Shown one piece after another: positions 35,759 to 45,126 of a DNA stretch of 64,000 nucleotides. The stretch's first letter is position 1, and each line of letters opens with the position of its first letter. The notes under the pieces were generated by a model. The model was not told where the DNA came from. It ran no database searches and saw only the letters and a program-made list of their open reading frames with translations. This stretch comes from an uncultured bacterium (GTDB taxonomy: Bacteria; Bacteroidota; Bacteroidia; Chitinophagales; UBA10324), in the NCBI GenBank assembly GCA_963977675.1, contig CAXBPY010000006.1, positions 3,714-67,713 on the forward strand, given 5' to 3'. The position numbers were made by a program, and so were the translations under genes.

Positions 35759-38700
35759 ATGAAAAATTTTTTACAAAAATTATTTCTGGCTTCAGCTGCA
35801 TTATTCTTTACAGCCCAAAATCTTAAGGCACAAAATTCTGACTGCCCAACGGCACTTTTTTTATGTAATGAAAATACATTGAATGTTCCGGGCGGTGCTT
35901 ATTCAGGCGGATCAATTCCGGAGCAACCTTCGTGCTGGTTTGTAAATGATAATTATTCTCATTGGTACTCTTTTACCTGTACGCAGAGCGGCACCTTTAC
36001 TTTCAGTTGCCTTCCTGTTCCATTTGCCGATTTTGATTTTGCACTTTATAACATTACCGGCTCTCCTTCCGGTTCGTGTAGTTATAGTAACATGATGTCA
36101 TGTAACTATGCTGCACCTGCAGGAAACGGAACTACCGGAATTGGCTGCTTCAATGGAACAAACTGCAACACGACTGTCAACCTTGTAGCCGGGCAGACTT
36201 ATGCTATAGTTATTAATCGATACTCAATTGGTTCAACAAGCGGATTTCAACTTTCATTTGGCGGAACAGCACAGATAGGAATTATTGCGGGCTTCACATT
36301 TGTATCTGCGTGTTTAGGTCAGCCGGTGCAGTTTACAAATACATCATCGACAGGAACAGGCGTAACTTACAATTGGGATTTTGGTGATGGAACAAATTCA
36401 TCAGCTCAAAACCCCTCTCATTTATATTCAAATGCCGGAACATTTAATGTTTCACTTATTACTTCGAATGGAACATGCTCTGATACTGTGACACAACAAG
36501 TGACAATAACACCCGGGCCTGCGGTAACAGTTAACCCCAATCCTGCATCATTGTGTGCAGGGCAAACTGTGAATCTGACTGCAAGCGGGGCTACAACCTA
36601 TACATGGTCTCCAAATTATTTTCTAAGTTCAACCAATACAGCAAGCGTAACAGCTTCTCCGCAAACAACAACTACTTACACAGTAACTGGAACAACTGCA
36701 GGGTGTAATGGAACAGCAACCGTGATTGTAACTGTGAATTCAGTTTCTACTGTTCAGTCATTTCCCGCAAGCTCATCGTTTTGTTCTGGTGGAAGTGTAG
36801 TTCTTTCTGCAATCGGTGCTGTTACATATGCCTGGTCACCATCAACGGGCTTGAGTGCAAGCACTGGTAATTCTGTAACTGCATCACCAACTGTTACCAC
36901 AACATATATTTTGACCGGAACCAATGCATCAGGATGTAATGGTTATGACACTACGGTAATTACTGTTTTCCCGATTCCGAATCTCATAATTAATCCACCT
37001 GCGCCGGACATTTGTATTGGTGGAAATATTTTGCTCACTGCAAGCGGAGCAACAAATTATTCCTGGTCTCCTAACAATTCACTGAGCTCTTCTACCGGGC
37101 CTTCAGTAACCGCTTCTCCAAATGCATCGGTGACTTATACCGTAGATGCTTCCGATGCAAATGGTTGCACAGCTACCACATCAGTTGTTGTTAATGTGAA
37201 TCCTCTTCCCTCAGTATCCATCAACCCTTCACCTGCAACAATTTGTTCGGGAGATAATGTTCTGCTAACTGCAAGCGGTGCTACAACATTTGACTGGAGC
37301 CCGAACAGCGGATTGAATTCTTCAACCGGCTCAACAGTTACTGCCTCGCCTAATGCAACCACTACTTATACTGTAACCGGAACATCAGGAGTTGGATGTT
37401 CTGCAACTAACACAGTAACCGTAAATGTGAATCCGCTTCCTGTGATAAATATCCTTCCGATCAATTCAGTTATCTGTTCCGGCGGGCAAGTGAATCTTGC
37501 TGCAAGTGGAGCATTGACTTATACATGGTCTCCTGCAACGGGATTGAGTTCGACAAACTCTGGTGGCACAACTGCTTCACCCAACACAACAACGACATAC
37601 ACTGTTACAGGAACTTCAGCATTGAATTGTTCTGCTACTGCAACCACAATTATTACAGTGAATCCGATTCCGGTCATTCAAGTTAACCCGGCTTCTACTT
37701 CTATTTGCCTTGGAGGCAGCGCGCAGTTATCAGCAAGCGGGGCAATAAGCTATTCATGGAATCCGTTTACTTCTCTTAATAATGGGAATATTAATAATCC
37801 CATGGCCTCACCAAATGCTAATACAACTTATACAGTTGTTGGTACAGACGCAAATGGTTGTTCTGCAAGCGCAACCACAGCTGTGGCAGTAAATATTCCT
37901 CCAGTGGTTTCTGTTAATCCTTCCAGCGCACTTTTTTGTGGAGGACAAAATGTTGTGCTCACTGCATCAGGTGCTGCAAATTATATATGGAGCCCCGCAA
38001 CAGGATTGAATGCTACAACAGGAGCATCAGTAACTACAACTCCCTCTTCTTCGATACAATATACTGTTACCGGGACTGATGTAAATGGTTGCTCAGGGCA
38101 AGGACAAGCGAATGTAAATTTTGATCCTACACCAGTCGCTTCATTTAATGTGATTCCTCAATCCGGATGTGAACCACTTTTGGTCACATTTCAAAATACA
38201 AGTTCAAATGGAGTAATTACTAACTGGATTTTTGGCGATGGTACTTTTTCACCCGGAAATCCTGTTCAGCATTTATACACTTCAGGAACATTTGATGTAA
38301 CCATGATCACTACCAATGCCAGTGGTTGCGGTGATACTGCTGTTCAGCTTGCTGCAGTTACTGCACTTGTTGCGCCGGTTGCTTCATTTGATATGACTCC
38401 TCCTGCTCCCGGTAATCTTCCTTACACGGATAATCTTTTCACTTTTATTAATACCTCTGTGGGTGGAAATAGTTATTTCTGGAATTTCGGTGATCAGACT
38501 GGTGATACTGTCACCAATCCTACTCACAGTTTTAAGGAATCTGGAAGTTATTATGTGATTCTAACTGTAACGGCGGGCAATGGTTGTTTAGATACAGCCA
38601 TGAGTCCAATAATTTTGATTGAAGGTGAACCAAAACCATGGATACCTTCTGCATTCACTCCAAATGGTGACGAGCAGAATGATATTTTCAAAGTGTATGG

Positions 38701-38902
38701 AATCGCAATTGATGAAATTGATTTCCGTGTGTATGACCGCTGGGGCGAAATGGTTTTTCAAACCAATAATCAGAATCAGGGATGGGATGGAACTTTTCTC
38801 GGTAAGCGAAGTGAACTTGGCGTGTATGTTTATGAAGCGCGCATAGTGATGGCAAGCGGAAAGAAAATATTGCTGCGCGGTGATGTAACACTGATGCGGT
38901 AA
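35759..38902 (+). CDS. large secreted adhesin-like protein: N-terminal Cys-rich domain, 3 PKD domains, 7 Ig-like repeats, gliding-motility-associated (CHU_C / T9SS type-B) C-terminal domain
   Basis: Signal peptide. PKD signatures WDFGDGT, WIFGDGT, WNFGDQT. C-terminus IPSAFTPNGDEQNDIFKVYG...YDRWGEMVF...GWDGTFLGK...GVYVYEA is the CHU_C domain. Confidence 0.85.
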   Translation: MKNFLQKLFLASAALFFTAQNLKAQNSDCPTALFLCNENTLNVPGGAYSGGSIPEQPSCWFVNDNYSHWYSFTCTQSGTFTFSCLPVPFADFDFALYNITGSPSGSCSYSNMMSCNYAAPAGNGTTGIGCFNGTNCNTTVNLVAGQTYAIVINRYSIGSTSGFQLSFGGTAQIGIIAGFTFVSACLGQPVQFTNTSSTGTGVTYNWDFGDGTNSSAQNPSHLYSNAGTFNVSLITSNGTCSDTVTQQVTITPGPAVTVNPNPASLCAGQTVNLTASGATTYTWSPNYFLSSTNTASVTASPQTTTTYTVTGTTAGCNGTATVIVTVNSVSTVQSFPASSSFCSGGSVVLSAIGAVTYAWSPSTGLSASTGNSVTASPTVTTTYILTGTNASGCNGYDTTVITVFPIPNLIINPPAPDICIGGNILLTASGATNYSWSPNNSLSSSTGPSVTASPNASVTYTVDASDANGCTATTSVVVNVNPLPSVSINPSPATICSGDNVLLTASGATTFDWSPNSGLNSSTGSTVTASPNATTTYTVTGTSGVGCSATNTVTVNVNPLPVINILPINSVICSGGQVNLAASGALTYTWSPATGLSSTNSGGTTASPNTTTTYTVTGTSALNCSATATTIITVNPIPVIQVNPASTSICLGGSAQLSASGAISYSWNPFTSLNNGNINNPMASPNANTTYTVVGTDANGCSASATTAVAVNIPPVVSVNPSSALFCGGQNVVLTASGAANYIWSPATGLNATTGASVTTTPSSSIQYTVTGTDVNGCSGQGQANVNFDPTPVASFNVIPQSGCEPLLVTFQNTSSNGVITNWIFGDGTFSPGNPVQHLYTSGTFDVTMITTNASGCGDTAVQLAAVTALVAPVASFDMTPPAPGNLPYTDNLFTFINTSVGGNSYFWNFGDQTGDTVTNPTHSFKESGSYYVILTVTAGNGCLDTAMSPIILIEGEPKPWIPSAFTPNGDEQNDIFKVYGIAIDEIDFRVYDRWGEMVFQTNNQNQGWDGTFLGKRSELGVYVYEARIVMASGKKILLRGDVTLMR
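36512..38122 (+). repeat. seven tandem ~231-bp (77-aa) coding repeats inside the adhesin gene
   Basis: Each unit carries NPxxxxIC.GxxVxLTASGAxxYxWSPxxGLxxxxGxSVTASPxxTTTYTVTGTxxxGCxxT. The ASGA..Y.WSP motif recurs near aa 276, 350 (as AIG), 428, 505, 582, 659 and 736. Confidence 0.85.
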
Positions 38903-38905
38903 ATA

Positions 38906-38945
38906 AAAATCGCCTGAACTTTCTTTTGAATGTTCAGACGATTTT
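38906..38945. terminator. bidirectional hairpin terminator between convergent genes
   Basis: aaaatcgcctgaac (38906-38919) pairs with gttcagacgatttt (38932-38945) with one mismatch. Sits between the stops at 38902 and 38960. Confidence 0.65.
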
Positions 38946-38959
38946 CAGATTCAAAAAAA

Positions 38960-40618
38960 TTATTTCGTGAACTTGAGCGTGTTGCTGTAAAGAGTCAAAT
39001 CATTTAACACATCAATTCCTTTTTTCACTTCAGGATCTGATTCAAGTGTGCTAATGATGCGACCATTCTGATAATAGTAGCGGCTCACGATTTCTTGCTC
39101 CAGAATTTTTTTAATCTCATCCTTATTCGTTTGAATGTCCTGGTCCTTGTCGTGATGGATTTTGTTTTTGATTAAATCATAATCTGATTGAATGCTCTCA
39201 AAATATTTTTCTCCTTCAGCACTCTTCTGTAACTGCTTCAGCGCATCTTCAGTTTTGGTTGAGTAGTCGTAATCTTTTCCTTTCAGAAAATCTACAAATG
39301 CATTCCAGTCTGCATCACTCAGGCGAAAAGTTTTTGCATCGGCAATGGTGCTGTGCTGCTGATGATAGAGTGTAGCAAAATCGAAAATGAAATTCTTCTC
39401 CACTAAACTCTTCGCGATATTGGAATACTTCGGTGCATCTAGAATAATATCGGGGTCAATTCCTCCGCCGTCATACACCGTTCTTCCGCCGGCGGTTTTG
39501 AAAGCAGTCTTCAGTGAGTCCGGAATTTTTCCTACGCTGCCATCTTCATTGCGATGAGCATAATCAATCGCCTGAATGCATCTGCCGGATGGAGTGAAGT
39601 AGTGCGCAGTTGTAACTTTCAGTTGTGTTCCATAACTGAGTTGCTGAGTGGTTTGAACCAATCCCTTGCCGTAAGTTTTTTGTCCTACAATTACTGCGCG
39701 ATCTAAATCCTGCAATGCGCCGCTTACGATTTCGCTTGCACTTGCAGAGCCACTGTTGGTAAGCACTACTACCGGAATGTTTAGGTCAATGGGCTCATTG
39801 AGCGATTTGTAATCTTTGTTCCACTGCGCAACCTTGCCCTTTGTTTTCACTACGAGTTGTCCCTTGTCAACAAACACATTCACAACATTCACTGCTTCGT
39901 TCAGTAAGCCGCCGGGGTTGCCGCGGAGGTCAAACACTAATCCTTTCATACCCGGGTTTTTACTTTTCAAATCCTTCAGCGCATCTGCAACATCTTTTCC
40001 GCACTGCTCGGTGAACTGTGAAAGTCGGATGTACCCGATCTCGCTGTTCAGCATTCCGCTATAAGGCACGCTGTTGATCTTAATCTCTTCGCGCGCAAAT
40101 TCTTTCACCATAGTATTTGCATCTCCGGGGCGCTGAATCAGAAGTTTGATGGTAGTGCCGGGTGAACCCTTCAGAACTTTGCTGACATCATCAATGGATT
40201 TTCCTTTGGTGCTTTGTCCGTCTATTTCAAGAATCACATCGCCGGCGAGTAGTCCTGCTTTATCGGCAGCAAAACCCTGGTAAGGTTCAGCGAGGGCAAT
40301 GTAATCTCCCTGCTTGCGCACAGTGGCTCCGATACCGCCGTATTTTCCGGTGGTTTGAAAACGGAAACCTTCAATCTCTGCTTCAGAAATATAATTAGTG
40401 AACGGGTCGAGTGAGTTGAGCATGGCATCAATACCCGTGCGCATGAATTTGCCGGGGTCAATGTCATCTACATAGAGTGTGTTCACCTCTTTGTAAAGCG
40501 AAGCGAAGATGTCGAGGTTTTTGGAGACCTCGAACAGGTTATCACTGACGAAAGCAAGAGGAATAAGAGCGGCGAGGGAGAGCGCAAGGACAAGTGTCCA
40601 TTTTCTGAATCTGCGCAT
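38960..40618 (-). CDS. S41 family C-terminal processing (tail-specific) peptidase with PDZ domain
   Basis: PDZ region (GDVILEIDGQSTKG), nucleophile context NSGSASASEIVSGALQD, TYGKGLVQ. Confidence 0.9.
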   Translation of the reverse strand: MRRFRKWTLVLALSLAALIPLAFVSDNLFEVSKNLDIFASLYKEVNTLYVDDIDPGKFMRTGIDAMLNSLDPFTNYISEAEIEGFRFQTTGKYGGIGATVRKQGDYIALAEPYQGFAADKAGLLAGDVILEIDGQSTKGKSIDDVSKVLKGSPGTTIKLLIQRPGDANTMVKEFAREEIKINSVPYSGMLNSEIGYIRLSQFTEQCGKDVADALKDLKSKNPGMKGLVFDLRGNPGGLLNEAVNVVNVFVDKGQLVVKTKGKVAQWNKDYKSLNEPIDLNIPVVVLTNSGSASASEIVSGALQDLDRAVIVGQKTYGKGLVQTTQQLSYGTQLKVTTAHYFTPSGRCIQAIDYAHRNEDGSVGKIPDSLKTAFKTAGGRTVYDGGGIDPDIILDAPKYSNIAKSLVEKNFIFDFATLYHQQHSTIADAKTFRLSDADWNAFVDFLKGKDYDYSTKTEDALKQLQKSAEGEKYFESIQSDYDLIKNKIHHDKDQDIQTNKDEIKKILEQEIVSRYYYQNGRIISTLESDPEVKKGIDVLNDLTLYSNTLKFTK

Positions 40619-40720
40619 GTGATTGTTTATGTTGTTTTGATTGTTATGATAACGAAAGTATGCTATGGATTATTTCGGGGGAAAAGAAAATGTTAAGTTT
40701 AACTCACGAAAAAAATTCGG

Positions 40721-41323
40721 ATGAAGAAGATTGCTACACTTTTCGTAGTTGCATTTTCAAGTTGTGCGAATGCAGTTTGGGCTCAATGCCCTACTTCATC
40801 TTTTTTTGTTCCCAATACAAACACATGGTGTCCTCCTCTTATTGATACCTTTTTTAATACATCAACAAACACAGACTCGGGCTCAACTTATCTCTATGAT
40901 TTTGGTGACGGGGCCTCTTCAATGATGGAAATGCCTGTGCACATTTATCCAAGCAGCGGAATATTTTATCCAAGTTTGATTGTAACAAACACAGGGGGAT
41001 GTGCCGATACTTTTTTCTTTTCTTCTCCCATATCAGTTGGAAGTTGTTGGGGTGTTGGAGTTAATAATAGTTCAATTAACATTATTCAAATTTCCCCCAC
41101 CCCCTTTACCAATACCATAAACATAAGTGTGAGTGCAGCGGATGGTAGTGCTGATGTGCAGGTTTGGAATCTTATGGGACAAATTGTTTTTGAAGAAAAT
41201 GAATTCAACATTTCTTCAGCCACCAAACGCACTCTGGATTTATCTTTTCTTAATTCGGGCGTGTATGTGGTTAGGGTAGTAACTGCTGAAGGCGTTTTTA
41301 CGCAGAAGGTGGTGAAGGAATAA
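40721..41323 (+). CDS. small secreted PKD-domain protein with T9SS type-A C-terminal domain
   Basis: Signal peptide MKKIATLFVVAFSSCANAVWAQ, YDFGDGASS, CTD ISPTPFTNTINISV...SGVYVVRVVTAEGVFTQKVVKE. Confidence 0.8.
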   Translation: MKKIATLFVVAFSSCANAVWAQCPTSSFFVPNTNTWCPPLIDTFFNTSTNTDSGSTYLYDFGDGASSMMEMPVHIYPSSGIFYPSLIVTNTGGCADTFFFSSPISVGSCWGVGVNNSSINIIQISPTPFTNTINISVSAADGSADVQVWNLMGQIVFEENEFNISSATKRTLDLSFLNSGVYVVRVVTAEGVFTQKVVKE

Positions 41324-41338
41324 TTTTTTATCAGGAGA

Positions 41339-42973
41339 TCACGAAAGATACTTCCCCACTATAGGCAATCTTCTTCCGGAACCAAAAGCTTTCGGAGATA
41401 CGCGGAGAATAGGAGGAGTTTGATGACGCTTGTATTCATTGGTGTTAACGAGTTTCAGCACTCTGTCAACTAGGGGTTTTTCAAAACCCATTTCTATTAG
41501 TTCGCGTGGCCCTTTTCTTTTTTCGATGTATTGAAAAAGAATTTTATCGAGCACATCATATTCAGGAAGCGAATCGCTGTCTTTTTGATTTGGGCGCAGT
41601 TCTGCAGACGGAACTTTAGTCAGAATATTTTCAGGAATAATTTTTCTTTCGCGATTGATGAAATGTGCGAGTTCGTATACTACAGTTTTGTAAACATCTC
41701 CAATCACTGAAAGTCCGCCGCACATATCGCCATATAATGTTCCGTAGCCAACCGCTGCTTCACTCTTGTTCGAAGTGTTGAGCAAAATGTACTGATGCTT
41801 GTTTGAAATTGCCATTAACATTCCTGAACGAATCCGTGCCTGAAGATTCTCCTCTGCAAGATCAAATGGTTTTCCTTTAAAAGATTTTTTCAATGATTTC
41901 AGATACTCTTCAAAAACTGAAGTGATAGAAATTTTTTCATAACTGACTCCAAGATTTTCACAGAGAATAACTGAATCACTCACTGAATGTTCTGAAGAAA
42001 ATTCTGACGGAAGCAATAACGGAAGAACATTTTCTTTTCCTAATGCTTCCACTGCGAGGCATAAGACTACTGCAGAATCAATTCCGCCACTGAGCCCGAG
42101 AATTGCTTTATTGAATTTCAGTTTACTGAAGTAATCGCGGATGCCCAGCACGAGCGCATCATGAATGAGATTTATTTTTAGAGGTGAAGAATTTTTGTCA
42201 GAAGAATTGTTCGCCACCTCATCATGATTGAAGAAAGAAAGTTGTTCGGAGAAAAATTTCATCTCACTGAAAATTTTTCCTGAAGTTGATACCACAAGAG
42301 ATCCGCCATCAAAAATTAATTCAGTTTGTGCGCCCACTGCGTTACAGTAATAGACCGGCAGGTTGTATCGGGTGGCGATTTCTTTTAAGAGCATAATGCG
42401 CTCTTGCTGATGATTGTAATCAAATGGTGAAGCGGAAATGTTCACCACAAAATCAGGATTCAGTTTTTTTAATTCATCAAGCGGTGTGCATACATACATA
42501 GGGTTTGCTCCCGCATTCCAGATGTCTTCGCAAATTGTAACAGCAATTTTTTTTCCGCAACACTCAATCAGTTTCCATTCAGTATTTGATTCGAAGTAGC
42601 GCACTTCATCAAAGATGTCGTAAGTCGGAAGAAGCGTTTTATGAATCACTTCTTTTACTTTTCCATCAGAAAGAAAATACGCGGAGTTGAATAAATCTTT
42701 TCCCTTCACTACTGGATTGCGTGAGGGAGAACCAACGATGGCTGAAATTCCCGCACATTCTTTTGCAATGAGCGCGACACTCTCTTCACACCGTTCAATG
42801 AAATCTGAAAACTCTAAAAAATCCCGTGGAGGATAGCCGCAAACACACAACTCTGAAAACACAACGAGATCAGCTGATTGCTTTTTGGCTTCACGGATTG
42901 CAGAAATAATTTTTGAACGATTGCCTTCAAAGTCGCCGATTAAATAATTCTGTTGTGCAAGTGCAATGCGCAT
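41339..42973 (-). CDS. nadE: glutamine-dependent NAD+ synthetase (CN-hydrolase + NAD synthetase domains)
   Basis: MRIALAQQN...VVFSELCVCGYPP (nitrilase-like) plus GLSGGIDSAV (PP-loop). The ORF-track start at 42979 is a TTG; the ATG is at 42973. Confidence 0.93.
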   Translation of the reverse strand: MRIALAQQNYLIGDFEGNRSKIISAIREAKKQSADLVVFSELCVCGYPPRDFLEFSDFIERCEESVALIAKECAGISAIVGSPSRNPVVKGKDLFNSAYFLSDGKVKEVIHKTLLPTYDIFDEVRYFESNTEWKLIECCGKKIAVTICEDIWNAGANPMYVCTPLDELKKLNPDFVVNISASPFDYNHQQERIMLLKEIATRYNLPVYYCNAVGAQTELIFDGGSLVVSTSGKIFSEMKFFSEQLSFFNHDEVANNSSDKNSSPLKINLIHDALVLGIRDYFSKLKFNKAILGLSGGIDSAVVLCLAVEALGKENVLPLLLPSEFSSEHSVSDSVILCENLGVSYEKISITSVFEEYLKSLKKSFKGKPFDLAEENLQARIRSGMLMAISNKHQYILLNTSNKSEAAVGYGTLYGDMCGGLSVIGDVYKTVVYELAHFINRERKIIPENILTKVPSAELRPNQKDSDSLPEYDVLDKILFQYIEKRKGPRELIEMGFEKPLVDRVLKLVNTNEYKRHQTPPILRVSPKAFGSGRRLPIVGKYLS

Positions 42974-42975
42974 AA

Positions 42976-43008
42976 ACAAAAGTGCTCCGAAGATTTTTTC
43001 CGGAGCAC
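42976..43008 (-). terminator. hairpin plus U-tract after the beta-barrel gene, abutting the nadE start codon
   Basis: Minus strand reads GTGCTCCG gaaaaaatctt CGGAGCAC TTTTGTTT ATG. The 8-bp GC-rich stem uses plus-strand 42982-42989 and 43001-43008. Confidence 0.5.
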
Positions 43009-43015
43009 AAAAGTA
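43008..43015 (-). promoter_or_regulatory. -7 promoter box TACTTTTG overlapping the 5' arm of the hairpin (candidate nadE promoter)
   Basis: Plus-strand caaaagta is an exact TAnnTTTG on the minus strand, 34 nt upstream of the nadE ATG. Confidence 0.35.
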
Positions 43016-43035
43016 ATTGCGATGATGGTGTTTGC

Positions 43036-43752
43036 TCAGAACAGAATTCCGAGGCGAAGTTCTACCTGATTCAAAATAGATTTTGTCTTGAATCCCTTCG
43101 GGCTGTCGGAAATATCCAGAAACCCATTATGAAAACTCAATGATGTTACAAATGCAGTGCTCTTGGATAGTGAATATTCAATTCCCGCCCCAATGTTGAG
43201 CGACATATTAAAGGGTGAAATGTCCGCACCGAGATTTTCATTTTTTATATCATTTTTATTTGATGGGTCGTCAATTGTGCCACGGGTTTTTGTATTGAGT
43301 CCAGCATTAATACCAAATTGTCCGAAGTAAGTTATGTATCCGATTTCATTCGTCTTCAACTTTAACAGAAATGGGATTTCGATATATTGAAGTTTGTAAG
43401 AAGTTTTTGTTAGTTGAGGGAAGGTATCGTTTTCCAAACTGTTAAACATATTAATAGAGTCGTTATATAAAATATCAGCGCTGTTTTGGCTTATGGTTAA
43501 GCCAGTGGCAATTGCATAATTTGAAGCCAGAGAAAAATCAGCCATTAATCCATAGTTGAACCCAAACTTTACTCCTGATGATGTAGTGTGATTATCCTGC
43601 GCTTTCAGCCAGTCAAGCTGGGGGCTGAACTGTAATCCAAATCGAAATCCTTTTGATGCACCATCACTGCTGCCGGTTGTTTCAGTTTGAGCAAAAGAGC
43701 TGAGTGAAATGAATGAAAGAAGAGCAACAACAACTATTTTTTTAATATTCAT
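43036..43752 (-). CDS. outer membrane beta-barrel (porin family / OMP_b-brl_2-like) protein
   Basis: Start set at MNIKKIVVVALLSFISLSSFAQ (signal peptide). Alternating beta-strand pattern and a terminal aromatic residue (LRLGILF). Confidence 0.7.
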   Translation of the reverse strand: MNIKKIVVVALLSFISLSSFAQTETTGSSDGASKGFRFGLQFSPQLDWLKAQDNHTTSSGVKFGFNYGLMADFSLASNYAIATGLTISQNSADILYNDSINMFNSLENDTFPQLTKTSYKLQYIEIPFLLKLKTNEIGYITYFGQFGINAGLNTKTRGTIDDPSNKNDIKNENLGADISPFNMSLNIGAGIEYSLSKSTAFVTSLSFHNGFLDISDSPKGFKTKSILNQVELRLGILF

Positions 43753-43935
43753 TTTATTTTGTTTTGATTGGTATTCGTGAACCTTCGGTTTCATACAATT
43801 ATTTTTTTCGGATGGAAAATTAAAGGAAGTTTTTATGCGACACTCACTGTAAATGAAAATGATTCAACAGAAAAAATTTTTCTGTTCTGAAATCTGGAAG
43901 CACGAATTCTGAATTGTGCCGCAGGTAATTCCGAT

Positions 43936-43943
43936 TATTTTTG
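43936..43943 (+). promoter_or_regulatory. -7 promoter box TATTTTTG (with TTG 19 nt upstream) for the tRNA gene
   Basis: Exact TAnnTTTG match 20 nt upstream of tRNA nt 1. A TTG at 43914-43916 gives -33-like spacing. Confidence 0.45.
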
Positions 43944-43963
43944 GCGCCGCTTGAAAAAAGCAA

Positions 43964-44037
<74 letters not shown>

Positions 44038-44052
44038 CAACTGAGTTTATTT

Positions 44053-45075
44053 TCAAAGCAGGCTAAAAATTTCGCGGATACGCCCGGGAGATTTCCCGTC
44101 AATCACTTGCTTTTGTATGGCAACTTGTTCTTCGGCTTTAGCAGAATCAGAAAGAAGGAATTGAAATTTAGAAATAAGTTCTTCTTCTGATGCATCTAAA
44201 AAAATTCCGCAATTGGCTGCAATTCCGTTCACGGACATTCGGTGAAGAATTCCTTTCTGAAAATCATGAGTGGTTCCTGTTATGATTTGCATTCCAATGG
44301 AAGCTGCTTCGAGTAGTGTATTATTTGACGGGCAAATCATTGTTCTTGCAGACTTCATCACTTCGCATATTTCTTGAGTACCCAGGTTTTTGCACAATAA
44401 AATTTTTACTCTCTTTTCTGCACGAATAAATTCTTGCAGAGAATTAATATCCGGATAAAAATTACTAACGATGATTTCTATTTCATCAACCATTTCGCTT
44501 TTCACAAGTGAACTCAAAACTTTTTTTGTAAGCTGATGAACATCCCCTGCACCCATGCTTATGATGGCCTTTCTTTCTGAGGGCAATATCCTGTTTTCAA
44601 TTGCACACTGAATAAATTCTTTTCTCAGCAATGCATACCTGGAGCCGAGGTAAAACCTTGTTTCACCTGTACCGCGATAATCCGAAGGAAGAACTCCTTC
44701 TGAAGGATTGATGATAACAGAAGAACAAAATTCTCCGTGGTGTAAATCATCAATGCTTACCACAACATTTTTTGAAATCAGTTTCTGCTGATATGCAAAC
44801 TGAAAACGATAACCATCCAGAACAACAATGTCTCCTTCTGCAAGGTGAGGGATTAATTCATCCGCATCAAGTTCATCTGATGAAGAAAGAGAAATGATTT
44901 GGTGAAAAGCATTACTGGTGAATTGCAGAACTGCAGGATCAGGCTGGCGAATGGCGAGCACGCATTCAAAATTTTCGCGTAGCATTTCAGCAAGCGCTGC
45001 GCATCGGATTATTCGCCCAATACCGATATTGATGTTGCCATCTGTTCTGAAAATTATTTTTCCGTGCAATGACAT
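44053..45075 (-). CDS. PseG/SpsG family nucleotide-sugar hydrolase / GT28-like protein
   Basis: IIFRTDGNINIGIGRIIRCAALAEML and GSRYALLRKEF match the PseG pattern (RxDxxxxIGxGHxxRC, YALxRxEF). It is the last gene of the NulO operon. Confidence 0.65.
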   Translation of the reverse strand: MSLHGKIIFRTDGNINIGIGRIIRCAALAEMLRENFECVLAIRQPDPAVLQFTSNAFHQIISLSSSDELDADELIPHLAEGDIVVLDGYRFQFAYQQKLISKNVVVSIDDLHHGEFCSSVIINPSEGVLPSDYRGTGETRFYLGSRYALLRKEFIQCAIENRILPSERKAIISMGAGDVHQLTKKVLSSLVKSEMVDEIEIIVSNFYPDINSLQEFIRAEKRVKILLCKNLGTQEICEVMKSARTMICPSNNTLLEAASIGMQIITGTTHDFQKGILHRMSVNGIAANCGIFLDASEEELISKFQFLLSDSAKAEEQVAIQKQVIDGKSPGRIREIFSLL

Positions 45076-45126
45076 TAGAGAAACTGCTTTACGGATTTCC
45101 CGAATGATAGTTGTGTGAAATCTGTT

